Assembly: GCA_963833985.1 (NCBI GenBank)
Contig: CAWIAD010000001.1
Coordinates: 1,024,001-1,088,000 of the forward strand
Direction: 5' to 3'
From: an uncultured Planctomycetaceae bacterium
GTDB lineage: Bacteria; Planctomycetota; Planctomycetia; Isosphaerales; Isosphaeraceae
Length of the DNA: 64,000 nt
Of this stretch, positions 10,304-20,883 are shown in pieces. Numbering within the stretch: the stretch's first letter is position 1; each line of letters starts with the position of its first letter. Below the pieces are notes generated by a model. The model was not told the origin of the DNA. It did no database searches and worked only from the letters and a program-made list of their open reading frames with translations. The translations under genes were made by a program, and so were the position numbers.

Positions 10304-11476
10304 TCAGGTATTATCTGCTCTGGCAAGGACCTCTTGAATCGTCACGAGGCGTGTCTCGTCCACGGCCTTGCGGACCAGAAGACCCGTGAGCGTGGCGTTG
10401 CGGGCCTCGGCGAGGGTGAGAGGAGGGGCTAACGGCTTCTCAGCCCGAACGGACGCAAGGAAATCCGCAAGCGCCAGGCGAGTGTCGTTCTGGGCTCCCG
10501 GGTGAATCGTCTCGCGAGGCCGTGCGCGGTCGCGGAACGTGAGCGAACCCGCACCGAAATCAAGCCCGCCCTCCTCGCCCAGGACTGCGCAGGCTCGACC
10601 CGGTGAAGCCGTCGTCCGCGGGGGCAACCCAGCTCTGCACGAGCGAGGCCCGGAAGCCGTCGGCCCACTGTAGCTCGGCGGCGTAGTGGTCGGTCACGTC
10701 GCGGCCGGGGTCCTGGCGGGCGAAAAGTCCGGCCGGCCCCAGCCCGAAGCCGTTTCCGGCAGGCCGCCATGCAGCCAGTGCAACACGTCCCAGATGTGTA
10801 CCGCCTGCTCGACCATGAAATCTCCCGAGCGTTCGCGACGAGCCAGCCAGCCCCCGTGACCCGAGAGCGGGCCATTGCTGCTGGTCCAGGAGGCGCGGGC
10901 CTCGATGAGCGGGCCGATCTCACCGTTCCGGAGCCGTTCCACGCCCTCGCGGAACCGCAGATTGGACCGGCGCTGATAGCCGACGTGCACCGCCAGCCCG
11001 GGATGCCGAGCGGCTTCCGCGATGAGACGATCGCAGCCGGTCAACGAGAGGGCAAGCGGTTTCTCTAGGTACAGGTGCCTGTCGCTCCGGATCGCCGCGC
11101 AGCCCACGGATTCGTGCAGATCGCAGGGGACGGCCGCGATGACTGCATCGACATCGCGCCGGTCGAGCAGCCGTTGCGGGTCTTCCACCGCCTCGGGTCG
11201 CTGGCCCTGCGCCTTTTCCACGATTCCTTGCCCGCGGAGCCGGTGCTTGGGCTCGGGGTCGCACACCGCGACCACACGCACGGCGGGCAGTTCGAGCAGG
11301 GTCCGCAACAGGGATGTACCACGGTTGCCGATGCCGACCAGTCCCAGCCGCACAGGGACGGGAGCACCCGCGGCCGCATCGGCGTCCGCCATGGCACCCT
11401 GCGAGAGTGCCAGGCTCGCCGCGGCCGATGCCGAGCACCCAAGAAACCGGCGGCGATTGAGGGCAATGGGAGGCAT
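10304..11476 (-). CDS. Gfo/Idh/MocA oxidoreductase with Tat signal (two compensating frameshifts near 10725 and 10588)
   Basis: NRRRFLG, GLVGIGNRG, YLEKPLA, EQAVH. The segment between the shifts reads RQDPGRDVTDHYAAELQW in another frame and rejoins ORF 10304..10627. Confidence 0.85.
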
Positions 11477-11820
11477 CGGCTCGGATCTCCTCGGGACAGC
11501 TTCACTCGCCGGCATTCCCGTGATCTGGCAGTGAGCACTAAACTCATTGTAGCCAGAATCGCGCCGGAGATCGACGTCTCCGACTCAGGGACTTGTTCAA
11601 GATCAAGATCAAGCCGTGCGCGACTACCGACCTGGGCACGGCAATCAGGACCGATGGCCGAGACCAGGCTGTGATGCATGGGCCCGGCTTGTTGCGGACG
11701 GGCTTTCCGTATCGGCTGCGCGTGCTTGACGCTACCGTTCGTGCTCCATTAGCATCATCCGCTGCACCCACCCTCCCGGCATGGGGCCTGGAGAGAATAT
11801 CGATCAGCGGGCAGATATTC

Positions 11821-12696
11821 ATGACTGAACCGGATACGGCGCGATCGATGGCCGGCAAGACATGCCTGGTCACCGGGGCCACCGCGGGGATCGGCCTGGT
11901 GACGGCACGGGAGCTGGCCAGGCTGGGAGCACGTGTGATCGGCGTGGGTCGTTCGCCGGAGCGCTGCGACGACGCGCGTCGTGAGCTTGGAGCGCTTCAC
12001 GGATCGCCGCCCGTCGAATTCCTGACCGCCGATCTGTCGTCGCAGGCCCAGGTCCGCAAGCTCGCCGAGGATATCAAGGCGGCCACGAACCGGCTTGATG
12101 TCCTGGTCAACAACGCCGGCGTCTTCTTGCTGGCTCGCGAGACCACCGTCGACGGCCTGGAACTGACCTTCGCGCTCAACCACCTCGCGAGCTTCCTGCT
12201 CACGAACCTGCTGCTGGACCTGATCAAGGCCAGTGCCCCGGCGCGGATCGTCAATGTCTCCTCGACAGCGCACCAGGGAGTCGAAATCGATTTCGACGAT
12301 CTCCAGGGAACTCGAAAGTTCAGCGGCTGGCGCGCTTACCAGCAATCGAAACTGGCCAACATCCTCTTCACCCGAGAGCTGGCCCGACGGCTCGACGGAA
12401 CGGGAGTGACGGCCAACGCCTTGCACCCGGGATTCGTTCGCACGCAGATCTTCCGTGCCCGCGGGCCGCTGGGCTGGCTCATCAGGCGCTCCGCGGACCT
12501 GGCGGCGATCTCTCCCGAGAAGGGTGCCCGCACGTCGATCTACCTGGCCAGCTCTGCCCTCGTGGATGGCCAGACGGGGCTTTACTTCGTGAACCGGAAA
12601 CCGGCTCGCTCCTCCCCCCAGTCTCAGGACGACGCCGCGGCCCGGAGGCTCTGGGACGTGAGCTGCCGGCTCACGGGTCTTGCCCCGGGTTCCTGA
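11821..12696 (+). CDS. SDR family oxidoreductase (retinol dehydrogenase-like)
   Basis: TGATAGIG, NNAG, VSS, YQQSK catalytic motif, LHPG. Confidence 0.93.
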   Translation: MTEPDTARSMAGKTCLVTGATAGIGLVTARELARLGARVIGVGRSPERCDDARRELGALHGSPPVEFLTADLSSQAQVRKLAEDIKAATNRLDVLVNNAGVFLLARETTVDGLELTFALNHLASFLLTNLLLDLIKASAPARIVNVSSTAHQGVEIDFDDLQGTRKFSGWRAYQQSKLANILFTRELARRLDGTGVTANALHPGFVRTQIFRARGPLGWLIRRSADLAAISPEKGARTSIYLASSALVDGQTGLYFVNRKPARSSPQSQDDAAARRLWDVSCRLTGLAPGS

Positions 12697-12711
12697 CCAG
12701 AAGATCCTCGC

Positions 12712-13236
12712 TCAACCAGATTCGTTCCAGAGCTTCTTCAGAAGCTGGATCTGCCCGGCATGGTAAACGTCGTGGGCTGCGATGCCGGAGATCATCTCGC
12801 CATGCGTATACTTGCTCCCTGTCTGACGCTCATGCAACCGGTCCGGCGGGAGATCCAGGACCGCCTGGCGGAGTGCCCGATGCTCGCTCTCGAGCAGGGC
12901 GACGTGACCCTTCCATTCCGCGGCCGCAAGTGGTACTGCGACGGGGAACCAGTTCGAGCCGGACATCGGGAACGAGCCGCGCAGATCGCCCCGCAGGCGG
13001 CGCCTCACCGTGTACTTCCAGTACGCGGCATGGAGCACCTGCTCGGCGATCGAGTGCCGATCAGTGCCGGGCCGCCATGCGGCTTGCTGGGCCGGTACGC
13101 CGCGGATCGACCCTTTCAGGTTCGGGCCGTGCCAGGCCTTCCTCGCGTAGCCTTCGTCCAGCAGGCGTAGCAGGAGGGACATTTCGGGAACAAGCGTGAG
13201 CTTGTGACTCGCGTGCGCTTCGGACTTCATGGCCAT
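12712..13236 (-). CDS. DinB family protein
   Basis: AWHGP, HSIAEQVLH and HDVYHAGQI His triad. Confidence 0.85.
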   Translation of the reverse strand: MAMKSEAHASHKLTLVPEMSLLLRLLDEGYARKAWHGPNLKGSIRGVPAQQAAWRPGTDRHSIAEQVLHAAYWKYTVRRRLRGDLRGSFPMSGSNWFPVAVPLAAAEWKGHVALLESEHRALRQAVLDLPPDRLHERQTGSKYTHGEMISGIAAHDVYHAGQIQLLKKLWNESG

Positions 13237-13397
13237 GCCTTCCTGTTTCTGCCGATCGCCAGGCCGGTGGGCCGCTTGACCGTCCGGCGCGGGGGGACCT
13301 ATCATGAGTCGAAAAGCCGCCTCGAGCCATCTTACTTGACCTGTCCGGTCAAAGACGGCGGGGCATAAGGATGAGGAGGCAAGACGACGCTTTCGCC

Positions 13398-14612
13398 ATG
13401 CTAGCCACCGTCGAGTTTCAGGGCGAGCGGCTCGAGTTCGATCTCCGTGAAGACCAACTGGTCGGTCAGTGGGACGGGCCGGCGGGAATGACCGGCGACG
13501 TCGAGCTCGAGGCGGTCCGCAGCGCGCTGGAGCAACCGCTCCAGTTTCCGCCCGTCCGCCAGGCCGTCGTGCCGGGCGATCGAATCGCCATCGCGATCGA
13601 TCCCGCGATCAGCCCGATCGGCAGTTCGATCGGTCTGCTGGTGGACCTGCTGCGCGCCTCGGGCGTGGAGACCGGCGACATCACGGTGGTGATACCTCCC
13701 GGCCATCGGTTCGGCCCGGACGAACGGTTGCCGACGGGGATTGCGCTGGAGGTTCATGACCCCGCGGACCGGCACAAGCTGGCTTACCTGGCAGCCTCCA
13801 CCGAAGGCCGGCGTATCTACCTCAATCGCCGGGTCACCGATGCCGACGTCGTGATCCCGGTGGGCCGGCTCGGCTTCGACCCGATTCTCGGTTACCGCGG
13901 GCCCTGGAGCCTGATCTTCCCGCAACTCAGCAACCAGGAGACCCTGGCGGCCTATCGCCAGGCCCTCGCGAGCGACCCGCCAAAGCGGTCAGCGCCCCGG
14001 TCGAGCCTTGATGAGGCGTTCGAGGTGAGCTGGCTGCTGGGCACGCAGTACCACCTGGGTCTCGTCCCTGGCCGTGACGGGCTTGCCCGGGCGATTGGCG
14101 GGCTGGCCGAGTCTGTGCGCGATGAGGCGATCCAGGCGATCAATGGCCTCTGGTGCTACCGACCTGCCGCCCCGGCCGAATGCGTGGTGGTGGGAATCGG
14201 CTCCCTGTACGATCCGGCGGGCATCGACGACATGGTCGAGGGACTGGTCACGGCATCGCGGCTGGTGACTCCGGGCGGCAAGATCGTCGCCTTGTCCCGT
14301 GCCCAGGGAATCATCGGGCCATCCTTGCAGCGACTTTGCGATGTTGACGACCCGAAGAACGCCCCTGCGGCGCTCCGTGGCCACGATTCTGACACGGACT
14401 CCATTGCCGGCCGGCGGCTCGCCCACGTCCTCGCACGTGCCGACGTCTATCTCCACAGCGGCATCGACCGCCAGGTGGTCGAGGATCTCGGCATGGTTCC
14501 GATCGAAGCGAGGAACGATGCGAACCGGATCGTGTCCCGGTCCAGCTCGTGCCTGCTGGTCAGCCATGCCGAATTGACACGGGCCACCGTGGCCGGCGAT
14601 GCGACGCAGTGA
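13398..14612 (+). CDS. lactate racemase (LarA/DUF2088)-domain protein, degenerate
   Basis: ALEQPL, VHDP, YLAASTEGRRIYLNR...DADVVIP, GGKIV. The start could be 13371. Confidence 0.75.
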   Translation: MLATVEFQGERLEFDLREDQLVGQWDGPAGMTGDVELEAVRSALEQPLQFPPVRQAVVPGDRIAIAIDPAISPIGSSIGLLVDLLRASGVETGDITVVIPPGHRFGPDERLPTGIALEVHDPADRHKLAYLAASTEGRRIYLNRRVTDADVVIPVGRLGFDPILGYRGPWSLIFPQLSNQETLAAYRQALASDPPKRSAPRSSLDEAFEVSWLLGTQYHLGLVPGRDGLARAIGGLAESVRDEAIQAINGLWCYRPAAPAECVVVGIGSLYDPAGIDDMVEGLVTASRLVTPGGKIVALSRAQGIIGPSLQRLCDVDDPKNAPAALRGHDSDTDSIAGRRLAHVLARADVYLHSGIDRQVVEDLGMVPIEARNDANRIVSRSSSCLLVSHAELTRATVAGDATQ

Positions 14613-14680
14613 GATCATCGATTCTCGATTCACTCTCGCCCCCGGCTGCGGGGGCTCTTTTCAGGACACCAGGCGCGCTC

Positions 14681-15733
14681 ATGCGAGACTCCAAGGGTTA
14701 TCACGCCGTCCGGGAAAGTACCGCCTGGTGCGACCGATCGGACCGTTCCAGGCTCGAGGTGGCCGGGCCGGATCGGGCCAGGTTCCTGCACAACCTCACG
14801 ACCAACGAGGTCAAGAGACTGCCCGTCCACAAGGGCTGCGAGACATTTGTCACGAGCCCCCAGGGCAAGACGCTTGCGTACGTAAAGCTGTTAATGCGCG
14901 ACGCATCCATCCTCGTGTGCGCGGATCCGGGCGGGCTGGCCTTCGCCTTGCCGCATTTCCAGAAGTACGGAGTCTTCGAGGACGTTGCCCTCGAGGACCG
15001 ATCCGCGGAGACGTTCGAGGTCCATCTTGCCGGTCCCGGCTCGGAAGAGCCGATCCGCAGCCTCGGCGGGGAGCTGCCGGAAGCCGGCGATCTCTCGCAC
15101 TGCGAAACCGAGATTGCCGGCTGCCCGCTGCTGCTCTTTCGGGAATCGCCCACGGGAGTTCCCGGGCTGACCTTGATCGGCGATCGAAGCGGCGCGGAGC
15201 GAGTCGCCGAAGCACTCAGGGGATGCGGTCTGGCCGAGCTGGATCACACGGACTTCGAGGCGCTGCGGATCGAGGCCGGCACGCCGGTGTTCGGGCGTGA
15301 AATCAACGACAAGAACCTGCCCCAGGAGATTGGTCGCGACAACCATGCCATCAACTTCGTGAAAGGCTGCTATCTCGGCCAGGAGACCGTCGCCAGACTC
15401 GACGCCCTGGGGCACGTGAACCAGATTCTCAAGGGACTGCTGCTCGAGCCGGGCGCCGCGACCCCGGCCCCGGGGAGCTTGCTGGAGGCGGAGGGAAAGT
15501 CCGTCGGCACGATCACGTCCGCGGTGTTCTCGCCCGGCCGGAACGCACCGGCGGCCCTGGCCATGGTGCGGCGCTCGCATGCCCGCGCGGGTGCTGTGGT
15601 GAGCGTGCGCGAGCCCGGCGATGGTGCGCCGGCCAGCGCGACGGCCACCGTCTGCGACCTGCCCATGCCTGCCGCCGCCGGCCCGCACGGTCGCGCAGCG
15701 ATCGTCCCCTCCCGGCCCGATGTGAGTTTGTGA
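14681..15733 (+). CDS. YgfZ/GcvT folate-binding protein
   Basis: GPDRARFLHNLTTN, LRIEAGTP and the KGCYLGQE YgfZ signature. Confidence 0.92.
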   Translation: MRDSKGYHAVRESTAWCDRSDRSRLEVAGPDRARFLHNLTTNEVKRLPVHKGCETFVTSPQGKTLAYVKLLMRDASILVCADPGGLAFALPHFQKYGVFEDVALEDRSAETFEVHLAGPGSEEPIRSLGGELPEAGDLSHCETEIAGCPLLLFRESPTGVPGLTLIGDRSGAERVAEALRGCGLAELDHTDFEALRIEAGTPVFGREINDKNLPQEIGRDNHAINFVKGCYLGQETVARLDALGHVNQILKGLLLEPGAATPAPGSLLEAEGKSVGTITSAVFSPGRNAPAALAMVRRSHARAGAVVSVREPGDGAPASATATVCDLPMPAAAGPHGRAAIVPSRPDVSL

Positions 15734-15811
15734 CGGCGGCCGGCGAGATCCTTCCTCGGCGAAGACGCCACGTGGCCCCTGGCCATTCCGACCCCCTGAT
15801 CCTGGACAACC

Positions 15812-18251
15812 ATGCGATATCCACGATATCTCTGCATTCACGGACACTTTTACCAGCCGCCACGCGAGAACCCGTGGCTGGGGATCGTCGAGGTGCAGGA
15901 CTCGGCTGCTCCCTTTCACGACTGGAACGAGCGCATCACCCACGAATGTTACGCGCCGAACACCAGGGCCCGGCTGCTCGACGGTCGGGGGCAGATCATC
16001 AACCTGCTCAACAATTATGCCTGGATCAGCTTCAATTTCGGCCCCACGCTGCTGCAATGGATGGAGGACGCCGCACCGGAGGCCCTGCGGGGAATCGTCG
16101 AGGCCGACCGGCTCAGTCAGGAGAGGCGCCATGGGCACGGCAATGCGCTGGCACAGGTGTACAATCACATGATCTTGCCCCTGGCGAACGCCCGGGACAG
16201 GCAAACCCAGGTGCTCTGGGGGATTGCCGATTTCCGCCATCGGTTCGGCCGCGACCCCGAGGGGATGTGGCTGGCAGAGACGGCCGCCGACACGCCTTCG
16301 CTGGAGGCCCTGGCGGAGGCAGGCATCCGCTTCACCATCCTGGCGCCCGGCAGGCGCGGCGGTGGCGAAAGATCGGCGAGAAAAGCTGGACGGAGATCAC
16401 CGACGGTATCGATCCGTCGCGTGCGTACCTCTGCCGGCTGCCGTCGGGCCGGTCCATCGTGCTCTTCTTCTACGACGGCATCATCTCGCAGCAGGTGGCC
16501 TTCGAGCGGTTGCTGGATCACGGCGACCGCTTCCTGGAGCGGTTGTTTCACGGGTTTGACGCCAGCCGCGAGCATGCCCAGCTCATGCACATCGCCACCG
16601 ACGGCGAATCCTACGGGCACCATCATGCCCACGGCGACATGGCCCTGGCGTTCGTGCTTGAGCGGCTCTCGCGAGATCCGGACGTCCGGCTGACCAACTA
16701 CGGCGAGTATCTTGAGCTGCATCCGCCCGAGTGGGAGGTGGAGATCCATGAACGAAGCTCGTGGAGCTGCGTGCACGGTGTGGAGCGATGGCGATCCGAT
16801 TGCGGCTGCAAGATGCGCGGCGACTGGCACCAGAAATGGCGCGCGCCCTGCGCGCGGCGCTGGACACCCTGCGCGAGCAGCTCGACCATCTCTTCAGCAC
16901 TCGCGGGCGAGTCTGCTTTGCCAACCCGTGGAGCGCGCGCGACGCCTTCATCGAGGTGATCCTCCAGCGCGAGTCTCCGGACGCCGTGCACCAGTTCCTT
17001 GGCAAGCACGGCCATGCCGATCTTGACCCGGTCCAGGTCAGCGACGCCCTGCGGCTCATGGAGATGCAGCAGGATGCCATGCTCATGTACACGTCCTGCG
17101 GCTGGTTCTTCGACGAGATCAGCGGCCTGGAAACCGTGCAGTGCCTGAACTACGCGGCACGCGCCCTGGCCCTGTCGCGCCAGTTCCACCGCGAGTTCGA
17201 GCCGGCCTTCGTTGACACGCTGGCCGCGGCCCCCAGCAACCTTCCCCAGCTCGGCGACGGGGCAGGAGTCTGGAACCAGGTGATCCGCCCCATGGCAGTG
17301 GACCTGGACCGGGTGCTGGCCCACCACGCCATCAGCCTGATCTACCACTCGGGCGACAACGCCATCGCCGGCCGGGTCTACTCGTACGACCTGGAAATCC
17401 TCGACCAGGAGATCCGCTCGCGAGGCAGTGGGCACCTCGCCGTGGGCCGGTTGCGTGCACGCTCACGGCGAATCTGGAACGAGGCGGAGACCTGCTTCGT
17501 CGTCGTGCACTTTGGCGGCCTGGATTTCCACGCCGTGCTCCGCGCCGAGATGGAGCCGGAGGCGTATCAGGCGTTGAAGCTGAAGCTGATGTCGACCTAC
17601 CGGTCGGAGTCCCTCGCGGAGGTGATGACCCTCCTGGGCAGCGAGTTCCCAGGCAAGGCTCATCGCCTGGATGATCTCTTTCGCGACGAGCAGAGACGGA
17701 TCATCGGCATCGTCCTGACCGACCGTTTCGAGGACTATCAGCGGTCGTTCGAACGGCTGGCCAACCAGGACGAGGAAGTGCTGAACCGGCTGGGGCGGTT
17801 GCACTACCCGATCCCCAAGCCGCTTCGCGCCGCCGCATCGGCCTATCTCGACCATCACCTCGAAGAGCAGATCGACCGCGTGGCGCACGGCGAGGAGACC
17901 ACCCTCTCCGGCATCGTGCACCTGCACGAGCGCGGCAAGGCATGGGGCTACCTTCCCGAGAGCTCCAGGCTTGAGAAGATCGTCGCCGAAGCCATGAAAC
18001 GCACTCTCGGCCAGATCACCGCCGATGAGGAAACAGAGCTGAACTCCATCACCTGCCGGATCGGTCTGCTGCTCGACACCTGTGCTCTGCTGGGCATCAA
18101 GCCCGACATCTGGCAAGTGCAGAACCAGTTCCTGGAAGCGTTCCTGGGCCTGTCCACGACAGGCGCCATGAATCCACCGTTGCGCGAGACCTTCGCCAGC
18201 CTGGCCACCCGCCTGAACGTCAGCCCGAGCCTGCTCGGATGGCGGCCCTGA
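15812..18251 (+). CDS. GH57-like glycoside hydrolase with DUF3536 (frameshifts near 16348 and 16847, probable errors)
   Basis: HGHFYQPPRENPW, GMWLAETA, ATDGESYGHH, SWSCVHGVERW, MYTSCGWFFD across three frames. Each shift is fixed by one C. Confidence 0.88.
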
Positions 18252-18553
18252 GAGACAGCGGCCCGTCTCCTGCCGGTGCCCTACCTAGTCCCGGACCTCG
18301 ATCCGCGTGTGCGGAGACTCATCCAGCAATTGTGCGTAAATGGGCACGCGCCGCAGCAGCTTGCACAGCCGCCAGGGAGGCCGGAAAGGAGCGTCGGTTT
18401 GCATGAGGTTACCTGCTTTGTTCTCCCACCCTGTCCCCGGGTCATGTCTGTACCTGGCGCATACCATGGGGTCAAGCACGTCCGCCGGGAGCTCAAGAAG
18501 GAACAAGGCTGTTGTTGCATAGATTCCATAGGTTCGGGCACGAAGAACAGTAC

Positions 18554-20797
18554 CCTACTTTCCGCACATCTCGCCTTGACTATCTCCTAATTTCCGTGTG
18601 CCGTCTTTCGGCCTGTCAGGTTCAAATCTCGTAGGCTTTGGGTATCCCCAGCAGGCGCAGGATCCTCTTCTGGAGCCGAGTTAACTCTGTGCTGAACACC
18701 TCAAGAGGGCGTTTCCCAGCCTTCAGGGAATGCTCTTGAACGTCCTCGTACAGGTCGATCACTTTTCGAGCCGTCGGGCGTCGGCAGGCCCGACCTTCGG
18801 AATACAGTGGCAGGCTCTCGATTCCCGCTCGTTCCATCGCGCGGCGGAGTTCTCGCTCCAACAGCGCCTCGACCAGCAACACGAAGAAGTACACGCAGAG
18901 CAAGGCCTGAATCCGACTTACCTCCTTCAGGTACATAGGCGCTACCACGAAGTCAGTCTTCAGGTGCTCGAACCGTCGTTCGATGGCCGGTTGCTGTTTG
19001 TAGGCCAAGAGCAGATCCTGCTCCGTCATCTTCGATTCGTTGCTCACCAGCGGGAAAATGCCATCACAGCGGGCCTCCTCATCCAGTCGCTCCAACTCAA
19101 TCCGATGCTTCAACGAGTAACGGAGCTTCTCCTCTCGGACGTACCGCGTGTCCTGTCCAGGCCGGCCGCGTCGCTCCTGGCGGAACTTTTCGGTGACCTG
19201 CTCCTCGATCTCGACCGAGATCCACTCGGTGACCTCACAGTCTCGGAGCAGCTCCTCGACCGCCTCGGCGACCTTGGCTCGACTGCGGTACCGGGTTCGG
19301 GACGAGGCGAGCTTGGCACGCAGTTCGTCCAGTCGTTTCAACGCCTTCTCCAGCCGGGTCAGCCGTACCTCCGCATCCAACTCGGCCTTGCGTGTGCTGT
19401 GATACCAGATCAGCCGGTAACCCTCGGTGGTCTGGCTCGCAGGTTTGCAGATCGAGAAGCGGTCGGTCAACTGTCCCTTGTCGTCGTACTTGTCGTGGGT
19501 CCATCGCCACTGGATCTCTCCCCGGAGTACGGCGCCGCGGAAGGCACCGTCCTCACTGCGAGTTCGCGGCAGCACGCTGAGGAACCGACCGCCGCGCTGA
19601 TGCAGATAGGCCATGTTCTCGGTGGTGGCCAGCTTGCAGTCGGCGATGTAGAGAAAGTCTCGGCGTCCGGTCAGTTGACAGAGCAACTCCCAGGTCTCCT
19701 GGTGAGAGCGGTCGTCGGTGGCGTTGCCGCTCTCGACGCGAAAGTGCACCGGGACGGCACCGTCGCCGGTCACGGTGAGGATGTAGAGTAGCTGCTTGAG
19801 GTCGGGGCGGTGGTCTTTGTTATGACCCCAGGTCACCGCCAACCGCAATTGTCCCCGCAGGGTTCGCTCCGCCTCCGCCGACTCGTAGTCACCGTGGAAA
19901 GTGATGGTGGTCGAGTCGTTGTGTAACTGGTCGAGGCTGACGTCGAATTCGCGTACGGCATGGGCCGCGACCTTCAGGGCCAACCCCGAGAGATTGGCGT
20001 CGAAGAGACGGTCGAGGGCCCGGCCAACTCGATCGTCGTTCATTGCGGCGACTTGGACATCGGACAACCCGAACAGTTTCGGCTCATGGCGGGCCACCCA
20101 CTCACCGACACCATAGAGTGGCTCACGCGAGATCAGCAGGTTGCGCAGCAGGACGAGCAAGGCCGTGGCCGTGGGGACCCGAGTGCGGCCGTCCTCATGG
20201 GGCAGGTGGTCGCAGAGAAACTCGCGAAGGCGGAGCCGACTCAGGAAGTGTTCCAGGATGGGCACGGCGGCAATCCGCCGCGTGTTGAGCGTGCGCGTGC
20301 GTCCCTTCGAGCGTGCCGTCTCGCCGGGTTGGCGCGGTCGTTGAGGTTCGTTCATGCGGATCATCTCCGGAGGGTTTGCAGCGAGTTGGCCGGTGTCCGC
20401 CGCCGGGCCTTCCAGGGCCGTGAGGGGAGCAGGCCGACCGCCGCAGGGCTTGCCGCAATGATGGCGGAGGAGATCGGGACGTCAAGGACAAAAAATCTTG
20501 TGATTCACTTATGACAATTTGCCTTGACGTAAGTTGTGAGCCGCTCAACTTACGCTCATAGCCCGTGTCACAAGTCGTCGCGGCGAGAATCGCGGCGCAC
20601 GGCTGGACATTGCCAAGTCATAAGACAAGGCGAAGAATGGCTCGAGTTCAGGAACGGTCCGGTTGGCGAACCATCTGAACCGAACAAGGTCCCCGTGCCG
20701 ATCGACTTGTAGATGTTTACCGACCCTGGGGCCGCGTCTGAGAAGATGGCCTCAGGTCGAATTCGGGGAAATCAAAGGGAGATGTGCGGAAAGTAGG
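18554..20797 (-). mobile_element. IS1634-family insertion sequence, 2244 bp
   Basis: Perfect 19-bp terminal IRs: CCTACTTTCCGCACATCTC at 18554-18572 and its reverse complement at 20779-20797. Flanking direct repeat CAGTAC at 18548-18553 and 20798-20803. Confidence 0.93.
18622..20364 (-). CDS. IS1634 family DDE transposase
   Basis: LHNDSTT, GHNKDHRPDLKQ, YIADCKL, YKQQPAIERRFEHLK, RIQAL. The start may be 20355. Confidence 0.92.
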   Translation of the reverse strand: MIRMNEPQRPRQPGETARSKGRTRTLNTRRIAAVPILEHFLSRLRLREFLCDHLPHEDGRTRVPTATALLVLLRNLLISREPLYGVGEWVARHEPKLFGLSDVQVAAMNDDRVGRALDRLFDANLSGLALKVAAHAVREFDVSLDQLHNDSTTITFHGDYESAEAERTLRGQLRLAVTWGHNKDHRPDLKQLLYILTVTGDGAVPVHFRVESGNATDDRSHQETWELLCQLTGRRDFLYIADCKLATTENMAYLHQRGGRFLSVLPRTRSEDGAFRGAVLRGEIQWRWTHDKYDDKGQLTDRFSICKPASQTTEGYRLIWYHSTRKAELDAEVRLTRLEKALKRLDELRAKLASSRTRYRSRAKVAEAVEELLRDCEVTEWISVEIEEQVTEKFRQERRGRPGQDTRYVREEKLRYSLKHRIELERLDEEARCDGIFPLVSNESKMTEQDLLLAYKQQPAIERRFEHLKTDFVVAPMYLKEVSRIQALLCVYFFVLLVEALLERELRRAMERAGIESLPLYSEGRACRRPTARKVIDLYEDVQEHSLKAGKRPLEVFSTELTRLQKRILRLLGIPKAYEI

Positions 20798-20883
20798 CAG
20801 TACGGATCCCTGGCGGATCGTTAATATTCAATTCATCACCGGCAGCGGTGAGCGCCCGTCGCGGATTCAAGGACCTTCGCGTG

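Noticed and set aside
18285..18553. Minus-strand ORF that stays open across the reconstructed IS empty site
   Set aside because: No recognisable motifs and no good start, so I cannot claim the IS disrupted a gene.
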